Shown here: in pieces, positions 27,597 to 37,445 of the stretch
Position numbering within the stretch: position 1 is the stretch's first letter
How the letters are laid out: each line of letters begins with the position of its first letter
Source of the DNA: Patescibacteria group bacterium
Lineage (GTDB): Bacteria; Patescibacteriota; JABMPQ01
Length of the DNA: 64,000 nt
NCBI GenBank assembly: GCA_018818965.1
Contig: JAHJQX010000024.1
Span: forward strand, 6,105 to 70,104
Reading direction: 5' to 3'
The notes under the pieces: model-generated
Databases searched by the model: none
The model's input: the letters and a program-made list of their open reading frames with translations, nothing else
What the model was told of the DNA's origin: nothing
Program-made: the position numbers and the translations under genes

Positions 27597-27794
27597 CTCT
27601 GAGCTGTAACTCAATCCTGTATCGAAAGTATCAAAATCTTCAGTCTATAAATTCTTCAATGAAATTACAATTCCCCCATTACTCGCCTTCAAATCTTCTT
27701 TGCGGATAATAGATCCGTTGTAATTTCGTGCCCGTTAACAAAGATCCCTCGTCAGATTCTTAGACAGGATCGACTTGTTTGGACAGCTCCAGAG
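27597..27794 (+). ncRNA. ssrS: Probable 6S RNA
   Basis: ~200-nt rod: ctctgagctgt/acagctccagag, atcctgt/acaggat, central bubble, tgaaattacaa/ttgtaatttcg; directly upstream of rny, a known 6S context. Confidence 0.55.
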
Positions 27795-27811
27795 ACAGAA
27801 AGGTAAATAAA

Positions 27812-29341
27812 ATGACAACAATAGCAGTCGTCGTAATCGCCGTCGTTTTTTTGGTTAGTGGCGGTTTGGTTGGTTATGTGGTACGTAAAAGTATTGCTAA
27901 CCGCAAAAAAGAAAATGCTGAGGCCAAAGTAGAAAAAATCCTTAGCGATGCTAAAAACAAGAGTAAAGAAATCTTACTGGCCGCGAAAGATGAAGCTCTT
28001 AAAGTCATCGAAACAGCTAAAAAGGAGGAGAAAGAGCGGCGCGATAAACTCATCAGTCTAGAGGAACGAGTGAGTACTCGGGAGAAAAATTTTGACCAGA
28101 AGCTTGATCAGCTTGAGCAAAGACAAAAACAACTAGATAGTGAAGAAAATAACATCCAAAAAACCAAGCAAGAATTAGGCGAAATCAGAAAAAAGCAAAT
28201 CGCTACTCTAGAAAAAGTAGCCAAGCTCACCCAAGACAAGGCCAAAGATGTGTTGTTGGAAATGGTGGAAAAGGACATGAAAGACGACATTTTGGCCCGG
28301 ATGAACAAGCTGAAGAAAATAGGACAAGAGGAGGCGGATAAAAAAGCTCGAGAAATTATCGCGTCTACTATCGATCGCATGGCTGCCAGTCAAGCAGCCG
28401 AATCCACGACCACTACTATCAGCCTCCCTTCAGATGAAATGAAGGGTCGTATCATTGGCCGCGAAGGTCGTAATATCAAACGGATCGAGGAGATGACTGG
28501 GGCCGAGATTATTGTCGACGACACCCCCCAGGCTATCGTTATTTCCGGTTTTAGTCCCGTTCGCCGGCAGATTGCTAAGCGAGCTTTGGAAACATTAATC
28601 GCCGATGGCCGCATCCACCCCACTAAAATTGAAGAAGCTATTAATAAAGCTAAGCAGGAATTAGGCAAAGAAATTAAAGAGACAGGTGAAGAAGCTGTTT
28701 TTGATCTCGGTATCGCTGATTTCGAGCCTAAGCTTGTTCAGTTGATTGGCCGACTCAAATTCCGTACTAGTTACGGACAGAACGTACTAATGCACTCGAT
28801 CGAAGTAGCAAACTTTGCTGCTTTAATAGCCGAAGAGTTGGGCGCCAACGTATCACTGGCTAAAAAAGCTGGCCTACTCCATGATATCGGTAAGGCTGTT
28901 GATCATGACGTCGAAGGCACCCATATTGAAATCGGTAAAACCATCTTGAAAAAATTTGGCGTTTCGGAAGATGTTATTCATGCCATGGAATGTCACCACG
29001 GTGACTTCGAACCACAAAGTGTGGAAGCTTTCATTGTTAAAGCCGCTGATGGCATTTCTGGTGCTCGTCCCGGAGCACGTAAAGACACTTTCGAGAAGTA
29101 TATCAAGCGCCTAGAAGACCTAGAAAATATTGCCAACAATATGGATGGGGTAGAAAAAACTTACGCCATTCAGGCCGGACGCGAGATTAGAGTTTTCGTC
29201 ACGCCAGATAAGGTAGACGACTTAGAAGCCGTCAAACTAGCTAAGAAAATCGCCGAGCAGGTTGAGGCCGAACTAAAATATCCGGGTGAAATTAGAGTAA
29301 ATGTGATTCGGGAGACACGAGCGATTGAGTATGCGCGGTAA
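27812..29341 (+). CDS. rny: Ribonuclease Y
   Basis: N-terminal TM, coiled coil, KH 'KGRIIGREGRNI', HD 'LLHDIGK', 'YAIQAGREIRV'; ATG 27812 after gaaagg. Confidence 0.97.
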   Translation: MTTIAVVVIAVVFLVSGGLVGYVVRKSIANRKKENAEAKVEKILSDAKNKSKEILLAAKDEALKVIETAKKEEKERRDKLISLEERVSTREKNFDQKLDQLEQRQKQLDSEENNIQKTKQELGEIRKKQIATLEKVAKLTQDKAKDVLLEMVEKDMKDDILARMNKLKKIGQEEADKKAREIIASTIDRMAASQAAESTTTTISLPSDEMKGRIIGREGRNIKRIEEMTGAEIIVDDTPQAIVISGFSPVRRQIAKRALETLIADGRIHPTKIEEAINKAKQELGKEIKETGEEAVFDLGIADFEPKLVQLIGRLKFRTSYGQNVLMHSIEVANFAALIAEELGANVSLAKKAGLLHDIGKAVDHDVEGTHIEIGKTILKKFGVSEDVIHAMECHHGDFEPQSVEAFIVKAADGISGARPGARKDTFEKYIKRLEDLENIANNMDGVEKTYAIQAGREIRVFVTPDKVDDLEAVKLAKKIAEQVEAELKYPGEIRVNVIRETRAIEYAR

Positions 29342-29368
29342 TATCTAGTTCAAGATAAGGGGGGGACA

Positions 29369-30919
29369 ATGGTAACCAAAAATCCACTATCTCTGCTCGA
29401 CGCTGGGCAGCTTGAAGCTGTCACCGCGCGCAATCAACACATATTGTGTTTGGCCGGCGCTGGCTCGGGCAAAACACGGGTGCTCACTACCCGTGTTTTT
29501 TATTTGGTCAATAAATTGCGGGTGCGGCCAGAGAATATTTTGGCGATTACTTTTACCAAAAATGCGGCCACCGAAATGGTTGAACGCCTGGGTACACTCG
29601 GCATCAACACCGACCAGCTTTGGTGCCGCACTTTTCACAGTGCTTGTTATAAAATCCTGCGGGAGAGTGATGGCGGTAGGCAACTTAACATCATCGACGA
29701 AGCTACGCAGGAGCGTGCCCTGAAAAAATGCCTAGCTGACCTCAGTCAGCAAGCGGAGTTTGGTTACCGATTAGCCCAATTTTTAGAAGAAAACAATTGG
29801 CCATTATATCTCTTTGCCGGGGAAGTAAACAGAGCCATTCACGAATGTAAAAATTATTCCGTAACGCCAGCGGAGATACACCGCCGCTGTCACCAAATTG
29901 AGGACGAAGATATCAAAGAATTTTATCAATTATTTGGCGTGATTTTTGCCACCTACCAGAATTACCTAGCAATAAGACACGAAATGGACTTCTCCGATTT
30001 AATTAGTAAGGTTTTAACGACGCTACAGACCGACCGCCGGGCACGAGAAAAATACCAAAACAAATTCAAATACATTCTAGTCGATGAGTTCCAGGACGTT
30101 AATCACGGACAGGTGCAGTTACTTGATCTACTCAAGGGTTGCCACAGCAAACTCTTTGCCGTCGGTGACGATTGGCAAGCAATCTACGGCTGGCGAGGCG
30201 GGGACGTAAAATATATCTTGCGCTTTAAGAAAAATTATCAGCAAGATTGTCGTCAGATCATCTTACCTTTTAATTATCGCAGCGACGGCAACATCGTCCA
30301 GGCCGCCAGTAAGTGTATCGGCCGCAATCACCAGCAGTGTCGCAAGAAAATAAAGTCATTTCACTCCGCCGTCACCAAAATTAAAATTTTCCGGGGAGAA
30401 AATGGTGAAAGTTGTCACGCATTTGTGCTAAAGGAGATCGCGGCGCTGATCCAAAGTGGCGCGCAACCAAAAAACATCATGATCCTGGGTAGAAATTGGA
30501 AACATGTAGATTTTTTTATCGAGCAATTTTCTAAAAATTCAGTTCCCAAGCTTGTCGAGGAACCAAATTTTGACACCCCGCAAAGTAATCCTTCGACAGG
30601 CTCAGGATTTACTAAAAATCCTAATAGTCAAGACATCAATATCACCACCATCCACAGCGCCAAGGGACTGGAATGCGACTTTGTTTTCTTGGTTGGTCTA
30701 CACCGCGGGCGGGGTGGCTTTCCCAATATCAAAGAGGACCACGAGCTGCGCAAAATAATTAAGGAAACAACTCGCCCGGAGCGCCTAGCGGAAGAACGCC
30801 GCTGTTTCTATGTGGCTATCACTAGAGCAAAAAATAAACTATATCTGGTGACGGAGAAAAATAATGAGTCGATTTTCATCAAAGAAGTGCCGCGGCGGTT
30901 TTGTGAACATTCTCCCTAG
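29369..30919 (+). CDS. UvrD/Rep SF1 helicase, short (helicase IV-like)
   Basis: AGAGSGKT, TFHS, DEFQD, VGDDWQAIYGWRG, NYRS, TIHSAKGLE, EERRCFYVAITRAK. Confidence 0.9.
   Translation: MVTKNPLSLLDAGQLEAVTARNQHILCLAGAGSGKTRVLTTRVFYLVNKLRVRPENILAITFTKNAATEMVERLGTLGINTDQLWCRTFHSACYKILRESDGGRQLNIIDEATQERALKKCLADLSQQAEFGYRLAQFLEENNWPLYLFAGEVNRAIHECKNYSVTPAEIHRRCHQIEDEDIKEFYQLFGVIFATYQNYLAIRHEMDFSDLISKVLTTLQTDRRAREKYQNKFKYILVDEFQDVNHGQVQLLDLLKGCHSKLFAVGDDWQAIYGWRGGDVKYILRFKKNYQQDCRQIILPFNYRSDGNIVQAASKCIGRNHQQCRKKIKSFHSAVTKIKIFRGENGESCHAFVLKEIAALIQSGAQPKNIMILGRNWKHVDFFIEQFSKNSVPKLVEEPNFDTPQSNPSTGSGFTKNPNSQDINITTIHSAKGLECDFVFLVGLHRGRGGFPNIKEDHELRKIIKETTRPERLAEERRCFYVAITRAKNKLYLVTEKNNESIFIKEVPRRFCEHSP
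30544..30607. repeat. REP-like imperfect inverted repeat inserted in frame in the helicase gene
   Basis: tcccaagcttgtcgagga...tccttcgacaggctcagga, read as PKLVEE...PSTGSG. Confidence 0.7.
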
Positions 30920-30993
30920 ACTCTACCCCCTTCAATAAGGTATAATGCACGTTAAATAATCGGGAGGTCGTTTTTTAAACTAATCTAAAAACT

Positions 30994-33450
30994 ATGCCTC
31001 AAGTAGCTCGAGACAAAAAAAACATTCTCTGGTTCCGGGAAATCGGTAATAAAGATGTCGGCCTCGTGGGTGGCAAGAATGCCTCGCTCGGTGAGATGTA
31101 CAACAACCTCCGGCGCAAAGGCGTCCAAGTGCCAAATGGATTTGCCATCACCGCCCACGCTTATCGTCATTTTCTGGAAAGTGCTGGAATTACTAAAAAG
31201 ATTGAGAATATTCTTAAAGGACTCGATACCACTAACCTCAAGCAATTAGCCGAGAGGGGTTATCGAGTGCGCGAGACAATCCTCGGGGCTGAGATACCTA
31301 AGGATTTAGAAGAAGAGATTTCTCAGGCCTACCACAAATTAAGCAAAGAAGCGAAACGAAGCTATTTAGATGTAGCTGTGCGCAGCTCGGCCACCGCTGA
31401 AGATCTGCCCGACGCTTCATTCGCTGGCCAACAAGAGACCTTCTTAAATATTAAGGGTGAATACGAAGTTATTCTCGCTACCAAGCGTTGTATGGCTTCT
31501 CTGTTCACTAATCGAGCCATCTCTTACCGTGAAGATAAGGGATTTGATCACTTTGATCTCGCTCTCTCAGTAGTAGTTCAGCGAATGGTGCGCTCTGATG
31601 AAGCCGTTTCTGGAGTAATGTTCTCAATCGACACTGAGTCGGGCTTTCAAAACGCCATCCTGATCAACGCTTCCTATGGCCTGGGTGAGATGGTAGTCCA
31701 GGGTAAAGTTGACCCCGATGAATTTTATGTCTTCAAGCCGACACTGCTAGAAGGAGTTAGTCTCAAGAAAAAAGCTAAAAAAGGCTTATGGTTTAAATAC
31801 GCGCCAATTGTCGGCAAGACTCTGGGTTCCAAAAAGATCAAAATGATCTACTCTCCGGAAGGAGCGGAAAGCGTTCGAGAAGTTCCTACTCTACCCAGTG
31901 AACAAAAAGTGTTTTGCCTCAAGGAGCGCGATGCTCTTCAGCTCGCCTACTGGGCTTGCCTGATCGAAGATTATTATGGCAAGCCAATGGATATCGAGTG
32001 GGCGCTCGATGGTTTAACTGGCGAATTTTACATTGTCCAAGCCCGACCAGAGACAATTCACTCGCAGGACAACAAGAAAATTCTCGAAGAATACAAATTA
32101 TCAAAGAGGGGAAAAATTATTGCTGAGGGCGTTAGTGTTGGTTCCAAAATTGGTGCTGGTAAAGCCCGGCTAATCAAAAATGCTTCTGAGATTGGTAAAT
32201 TTAAAAAAGACGAGGTGCTAATTACTGAGATCACTGACCCCGACTGGGAACCAATTATGAAGATAGCTTCGGCCATAGTGACTAACTCGGGTGGACGGAC
32301 TTCTCACGCTGCTATTGTCTCCCGTGAACTGGGTATACCCTGTGTCGTTGGCACCCAAAACGCTACCCAGACCATTAAATCTGGCCAAGAAATCACTGCT
32401 TCTTGCGCCGAGGGTGAGCGAGGCTACGTCTATGAAGGTAAAATACCCTTCAAGATAGATCGCACTGATCTATCCAAGCTTAAACCAACCAAAGTAAAGC
32501 TGATGCAGATCGTAGCTGACCCTTCAATGGTGTTCGACTACGCCCAAATTCCTAATTCTGGTGTTGGTCTCGCCCGCGAGGAAATGATTATTCTCAATCA
32601 TATCAAAATCCATCCCCTCGCCTTGATACATTTCGATAAAGTCAAAGATAGCGAAACCCGCGAGAAAATAAAAGAACTAACCTACGGCTGGAAAAGCCGC
32701 GAAGAGTTTTACGTTAAAAAACTGGCGGAGGGTGTTGGCCGGATTGTAGCCGCCTACTGGCCTAATCCCGTAATCGTTCGTTTAGCTGATTTCAAAAGTA
32801 ACGAGTACGCTAATTTGATTGGCGGTAAATATTTTGAGCCACACGAAGAAAACCCAATGCTTGGTTGGCGCGGCGCTAGTCGATTTTATTCAGAAAAATA
32901 TAAAGCGGCTTTTGCCCTGGAATGTGAAGCGTTGCGGATCGTGCGCGAAGAAATGGGACTTATGAACATGTGGCTGATGGTACCTTTCTGCCGTACCCCT
33001 GAGGAAGGCAAAGAAGTATTGAAACTGATTGATAAATTCGGCCTCAAACGGGGTAGTGGTAAAGATCGTCTAAAGATCATCGCTATGTGTGAAATCCCAT
33101 CCAATGTGCTACTCGCTGATGAATTCCTGAAAATATTCGATGGTTTCTCGATTGGTTCTAACGACTTGACTCAGCTTACTCTTGGTCTTGATCGAGATTC
33201 CAGTCTGGTTGCTCATATTTACGACGAACGTAATCCAGCTATTAAGCAATTGCTGGCTATGGCGATTAAAGCAGCCAAAAAAGCGAAAAAATATATCGGC
33301 ATCTGTGGCCAAGCTCCGTCTGACTTCCCCGAGATCGCTGAGTTCTTGGTCGATCAAGGCATCGATAGTATGGCTCTTACCCCCGACAGCGTTATGAAGA
33401 CAATGGTTAATATCTCCAAGTACGAGGAAAAAAAGCGGAAGAAAAAATAG
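30994..33450 (+). CDS. ppsA: Phosphoenolpyruvate synthase
   Basis: GGKNASLGEM, AVRSSATAED, SFAGQQET, GGRTSHAAI, EENPMLGWRG, SIGSNDLTQ. Confidence 0.97.
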   Translation: MPQVARDKKNILWFREIGNKDVGLVGGKNASLGEMYNNLRRKGVQVPNGFAITAHAYRHFLESAGITKKIENILKGLDTTNLKQLAERGYRVRETILGAEIPKDLEEEISQAYHKLSKEAKRSYLDVAVRSSATAEDLPDASFAGQQETFLNIKGEYEVILATKRCMASLFTNRAISYREDKGFDHFDLALSVVVQRMVRSDEAVSGVMFSIDTESGFQNAILINASYGLGEMVVQGKVDPDEFYVFKPTLLEGVSLKKKAKKGLWFKYAPIVGKTLGSKKIKMIYSPEGAESVREVPTLPSEQKVFCLKERDALQLAYWACLIEDYYGKPMDIEWALDGLTGEFYIVQARPETIHSQDNKKILEEYKLSKRGKIIAEGVSVGSKIGAGKARLIKNASEIGKFKKDEVLITEITDPDWEPIMKIASAIVTNSGGRTSHAAIVSRELGIPCVVGTQNATQTIKSGQEITASCAEGERGYVYEGKIPFKIDRTDLSKLKPTKVKLMQIVADPSMVFDYAQIPNSGVGLAREEMIILNHIKIHPLALIHFDKVKDSETREKIKELTYGWKSREEFYVKKLAEGVGRIVAAYWPNPVIVRLADFKSNEYANLIGGKYFEPHEENPMLGWRGASRFYSEKYKAAFALECEALRIVREEMGLMNMWLMVPFCRTPEEGKEVLKLIDKFGLKRGSGKDRLKIIAMCEIPSNVLLADEFLKIFDGFSIGSNDLTQLTLGLDRDSSLVAHIYDERNPAIKQLLAMAIKAAKKAKKYIGICGQAPSDFPEIAEFLVDQGIDSMALTPDSVMKTMVNISKYEEKKRKKK

Positions 33451-33463
33451 CGAACCCCGGTGC

Positions 33464-33497
33464 AAAAAGAGCCTACCAATCGGTAGGCTCTTTGTTT
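33464..33497. terminator. Bidirectional terminator
   Basis: aaagagcctacc/ggtaggctcttt hairpin between convergent genes. Confidence 0.75.
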
Positions 33498-33517
33498 AAA
33501 TAAATATTTTCTTTTGA

Positions 33518-33997
33518 TTAATGACCAACTTGATAAACCAGATGACCAACATAGTGCGAACTTATTATAACTACCAATGCTATCGCCAAATGTTCTGCTA
33601 CTACTTTCCAGGTTGACTCCTCTTTATTTTGTAAGGCCGTATAATAACTAAAACAAGCAATTAGTAGCAACCCCCAGATTATACTGACAATAATGGCTGG
33701 TGTAAGCGATAACAGCAAGACAGGGGCCACAAAACTAAGAGCCACGATTAATTTAGAAAAAAAGGTAGCTAGCGTCGCCTCCCATATTTCTCTAGTACTA
33801 TGCGCATTCTCCGACTCCTCTGATATATGAATACCAAGCGCATCCGACATCCCATCAGCCAAAGCAATTACCACCACACCGCCAATCACCGCTGCTATCG
33901 ATTGAGTGCTAGAGCTCAGTCCTACCATTAGACCAAGAGTGGTAATAACTCCTGAAGCTAAACCGAAACCTAAGCCTTTTTTAATTGATGTTTTCAT
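33518..33997 (-). CDS. VIT1/CCC1-like membrane protein
   Basis: 'FGLASGVITTLGLMVG', 'ADGMSDALGIHISEESE'. Confidence 0.75.
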   Translation of the reverse strand: MKTSIKKGLGFGLASGVITTLGLMVGLSSSTQSIAAVIGGVVVIALADGMSDALGIHISEESENAHSTREIWEATLATFFSKLIVALSFVAPVLLLSLTPAIIVSIIWGLLLIACFSYYTALQNKEESTWKVVAEHLAIALVVIISSHYVGHLVYQVGH

Positions 33998-34255
33998 TTA
34001 TTTCTTATAAATATATTTAACCCAGAGCTTCTTTAAAAACGGCAACGTCAAAGTCGATAGCATAAACGCTGCTGCTGGCACAATTGCGTTAAGCCAAGGT
34101 CTTTCGATATCAATCGCCCAGAGATATATCCCGATTGCTAAATAGGTAGAAGTTATCAGAATAATTTTGCGCGAGTAGGAAAGTTCCCAGGCTTTACCCG
34201 CTTCTACTTTTTTATTCCTTTGTTTTAGTTCTTCGATTTCTTTTTCAATGTTCAT
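33998..34255 (-). CDS. Small two-TM hypothetical protein
   Basis: 'RNKKVEAGKAWE.S..RK', 'PWLNAIVP'; translationally coupled to its neighbours. Confidence 0.7.
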   Translation of the reverse strand: MNIEKEIEELKQRNKKVEAGKAWELSYSRKIILITSTYLAIGIYLWAIDIERPWLNAIVPAAAFMLSTLTLPFLKKLWVKYIYKK

Positions 34256-35274
34256 GATTTTTTATTGATAAACTCTAATTTCTTTAACAATTCATGAAAC
34301 CCTCTAATTAAATCTTGACGCGCGTAGCACTCCGCTGACGTCACCCATAAATAATCTTGATGCTCCGTCGGACTATAAGTAATTTCTACTGGCTCATCCA
34401 GCACCGTCCGATAAGTCGGTAGAATCAAAAATATATCATCATAGTCCCAAGTAAAAGCTCCCAGAAATTCTAACCTTTCGGGAGCAACTTTAAAACCTAC
34501 TTCTTCCTCTATTTCCCTAACTACGGCCAATTTATCGCTTTCCCCAATATCTACCTTGCCTGCTGCTAGCCCCCAGGTATCTCCTTGCGGCTTCTCCGGA
34601 TGACGATGAAGAATTAAAAACTTACCATCATATTCGATAAAACAAGCCGCGGTACGAACAATTTCCTTGTCGTTTTTAATTGTCAAATCAATAATCTTCT
34701 CAAATTCAGCGAAATCCTTATATAAATACCCCGCTAATCCAAACTCCTGAGCCACTTCGATGTTGTCCTGATCATTATCCCAGTACATAATTTCATTTTT
34801 CTCGACACCATTTCCTCCCACAGTTTCGTAAACTTTCCGCCAAAAACGCTTATCCGTTTTTTCGCAGCCAATGTCCGCCGAAGAAAAAATTTCAGCAAAC
34901 AATTTGCCAAACCCCATCTCCTCTCGCAAATACTCTGTGCGATATTTTTCATTGTCAGTAGCTAGATAGCATTTTATGTCTTGCGATTGTAGCTCCTTTA
35001 TTTTTTCTATCATTTTCTGGTCAACATGATGCTCAGCCTTAAACCAGTATTGCAAAAACTCATCAACTGACCCCGTCCATTTCCACTTGGGCAAAAATGG
35101 CTTTAGCTCCTCTTTGATATCAGCTCGACCCACTTTGCAATCAGCAAACACACCATTAAAAAACGGGAGCATCTCGTCCGCTGAGATGCCAAATTCTTTA
35201 CAATATTGGATGCTGAACATTTCGGATTTGATTACTACCCCATCGGCATCGAAAATTATGTCTTTCACGCTCAT
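34252..35274 (-). CDS. HAD-family hydrolase fused to a NUDIX hydrolase
   Basis: FDADGV HAD motif I; Nudix box GKVDIGESDKLAVVREIEEEVG; start ATG 35274. Confidence 0.85.
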   Translation of the reverse strand: MSVKDIIFDADGVVIKSEMFSIQYCKEFGISADEMLPFFNGVFADCKVGRADIKEELKPFLPKWKWTGSVDEFLQYWFKAEHHVDQKMIEKIKELQSQDIKCYLATDNEKYRTEYLREEMGFGKLFAEIFSSADIGCEKTDKRFWRKVYETVGGNGVEKNEIMYWDNDQDNIEVAQEFGLAGYLYKDFAEFEKIIDLTIKNDKEIVRTAACFIEYDGKFLILHRHPEKPQGDTWGLAAGKVDIGESDKLAVVREIEEEVGFKVAPERLEFLGAFTWDYDDIFLILPTYRTVLDEPVEITYSPTEHQDYLWVTSAECYARQDLIRGFHELLKKLEFINKKS

Positions 35275-35304
35275 ATGATATAATTCAATATAATAATCAA
35301 AACT

Positions 35305-35619
35305 ATGAACCACATTTTCATTTACATCACTAATCCTAGCAAAACAGTCGCTAAAAAAATAGCGAAAATGCTGTTGCAAAAAAAGCTTATTGCCTGCGCG
35401 AACATTTTTCCTATCGATAGTATGTACTGGTGGCAGGGTAAAATAGTCGAAGAAAGAGAATTTACTCTTCTGGGCAAAACAGCAGACAAGTATTTTCCTG
35501 CTATCAAAAGAGAAATAAAAGCCATTCACCCCTATAAAATCCCTTGCATCACTAAAATAGCGGCTGAACCTAACCAAAAATACCAAAAATGGCTCTCTGG
35601 CCAACTAGAAAAGCCCTAG
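35305..35619 (+). CDS. cutA: Divalent-cation tolerance protein CutA
   Basis: LIACANI, SMYWWQG, HPYKIPCI, YQKWL. Confidence 0.9.
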   Translation: MNHIFIYITNPSKTVAKKIAKMLLQKKLIACANIFPIDSMYWWQGKIVEEREFTLLGKTADKYFPAIKREIKAIHPYKIPCITKIAAEPNQKYQKWLSGQLEKP

Positions 35620-35704
35620 CCAAACCTTATTTTTTATGCTATAATAAAGCAAATTTCGCAAATACAATTCCATTTATAAAAATTAAAACAAAAAACAACT
35701 CCAG

Positions 35705-37438
35705 ATGCTTCTAGATATTAAAAAACTCAAAATAAGTTTAGTTGAGAAGGGTTTAATTAATTCCCACGATTTTGATGTGCTTGTAGCCAAAGCAACCAAA
35801 GAAAAAAAGGAGATTACTGACATATTGCTGTCAGAAAACATCGTTACTGAAGAAAATTTATACCAAGAATTATCCCGCCAAATTAAAATACCTTTCGTTG
35901 ATTTGTCAAAAACTATTATCCGTAAGGATATCTTGTTTCAAATTCCGGAATTAATCGCTAAAAAGCATGAAATTATTGCTTTTTCCGAAGACGAAACTGG
36001 TCTCGGGGTCGCCATGACCAATCCCGAAGATTTACAGACAATAGAGTCCATCAAAAAAAAGGTTGGTAAACACATCGAGCCTTATGTAGCCAGTAAAGGT
36101 GATATTTTTTCGGCTCTCAAACAATATCGTCGCGGACTACGCCAAGAGTTCAAAGATATTATTGATCAAAGTTTGGCCATTTCACGGACTGCAAGTGACG
36201 ATGACCTAGAAAAACTAGCAGAAAATCTCCCTATTGTCCGAATCGTTAATACTTTGATTGACCATGCTATTTTACAAAACGCCAGCGATATCCACATCGA
36301 GCCTCTGGAAAAGAATGTGATCATCAGATTCCGGATAGACGGCATTTTACATGACGTTATTGTTCTACCTAAAGAAATTCTAGCCGGAATTGTCGCGCGT
36401 ATTAAGGTACTAGCTAATTTAAAAATTGACGAACACCGTCTACCGCAAGACGGACGTTTCAAGATAGAAAAAGATGAACAGAAAATTTCTTTCCGGGTTT
36501 CTATTATCCCAATATTCGACGGCGAGAAAGTGGTAACCCGCCTCTTGGTCGAATCAGGGCGTATTTTATCTTTAGAAGAGCTGGGCTTTCAGAGTTCTGC
36601 CCTTGCGATAACCAAAAGAAACGTTAACAAGCCAAACGGCCTTATCTTAGTTACTGGTCCGACTGGTTCTGGTAAAACCACCACTCTCTACTCGATCATG
36701 AATATGCTCAATACGACCGAAGTTAATATTGCCACTATCGAAGATCCCATCGAATATCGAATGCCTCGTATCAACCAAAGTCAGGTTAAGCCTAAAATCG
36801 GTTTTACTTTCTCCACCGGACTGCGGTCTCTAGTGCGTCAAGATCCAGATATTATTATGGTCGGTGAAATCCGCGACGAAGAGACAGTTGAAATGGCTAT
36901 TCATTCAGCCCTAACTGGTCATTTAGTTCTCTCTACTCTACACACCATGAGTGCTGCCGGGGCTCCTCCTCGTTTGATCGATATGAAAGCCAAGCCTTTT
37001 CTGGTAGCTTCTACTTTGAATCTAATTATCGCTCAACGATTGGTTCGACGTATTTGTAAAAACTGCCGTGAAGAATACAAACTCGATGCAAAAAAGATCG
37101 CCATACTAGAAAAAGAATTTGATATGGAGAAAATAATGCCAGCGTTGTTACAAGAAAAGGTAATTACTGCAAAGAAGCCATTATCTGAACTAACTTTTTA
37201 CCGGGGCAAGGGCTGTGAGCACTGCAATTTGCAGGGTTACAAGGGACGAACAGGAATTTACGAAACATTAGAAACAACCGAAACTATTAAAGACTTAATT
37301 GTAGACTCAGCGCCCACAGAAAAAATTCAAGCTCAGGCTGTGTCCGAAGGGATGATTACTATGCTTCAGGATGGCTTTATCAAAGCTTTATTAGGATTTA
37401 CTACTATTGACGAAATATTACGAGTCACCAAAGAATAA
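35705..37438 (+). CDS. pilB: Type IV pilus assembly ATPase PilB/GspE
   Basis: ASDIHIEP, RLPQDGR, GPTGSGKTTT, EDPIEY, RQDPDIIMVGEIRD, GHLVLSTLH, two CxxC. Confidence 0.93.
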   Translation: MLLDIKKLKISLVEKGLINSHDFDVLVAKATKEKKEITDILLSENIVTEENLYQELSRQIKIPFVDLSKTIIRKDILFQIPELIAKKHEIIAFSEDETGLGVAMTNPEDLQTIESIKKKVGKHIEPYVASKGDIFSALKQYRRGLRQEFKDIIDQSLAISRTASDDDLEKLAENLPIVRIVNTLIDHAILQNASDIHIEPLEKNVIIRFRIDGILHDVIVLPKEILAGIVARIKVLANLKIDEHRLPQDGRFKIEKDEQKISFRVSIIPIFDGEKVVTRLLVESGRILSLEELGFQSSALAITKRNVNKPNGLILVTGPTGSGKTTTLYSIMNMLNTTEVNIATIEDPIEYRMPRINQSQVKPKIGFTFSTGLRSLVRQDPDIIMVGEIRDEETVEMAIHSALTGHLVLSTLHTMSAAGAPPRLIDMKAKPFLVASTLNLIIAQRLVRRICKNCREEYKLDAKKIAILEKEFDMEKIMPALLQEKVITAKKPLSELTFYRGKGCEHCNLQGYKGRTGIYETLETTETIKDLIVDSAPTEKIQAQAVSEGMITMLQDGFIKALLGFTTIDEILRVTKE

Positions 37439-37445
37439 CTAGAAA

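Noticed and set aside
35275-35604. 110-aa extension of HAD-NUDIX overlapping cutA
   Set aside because: Antisense shadow of cutA; HAD motif I starts right after ATG 35274
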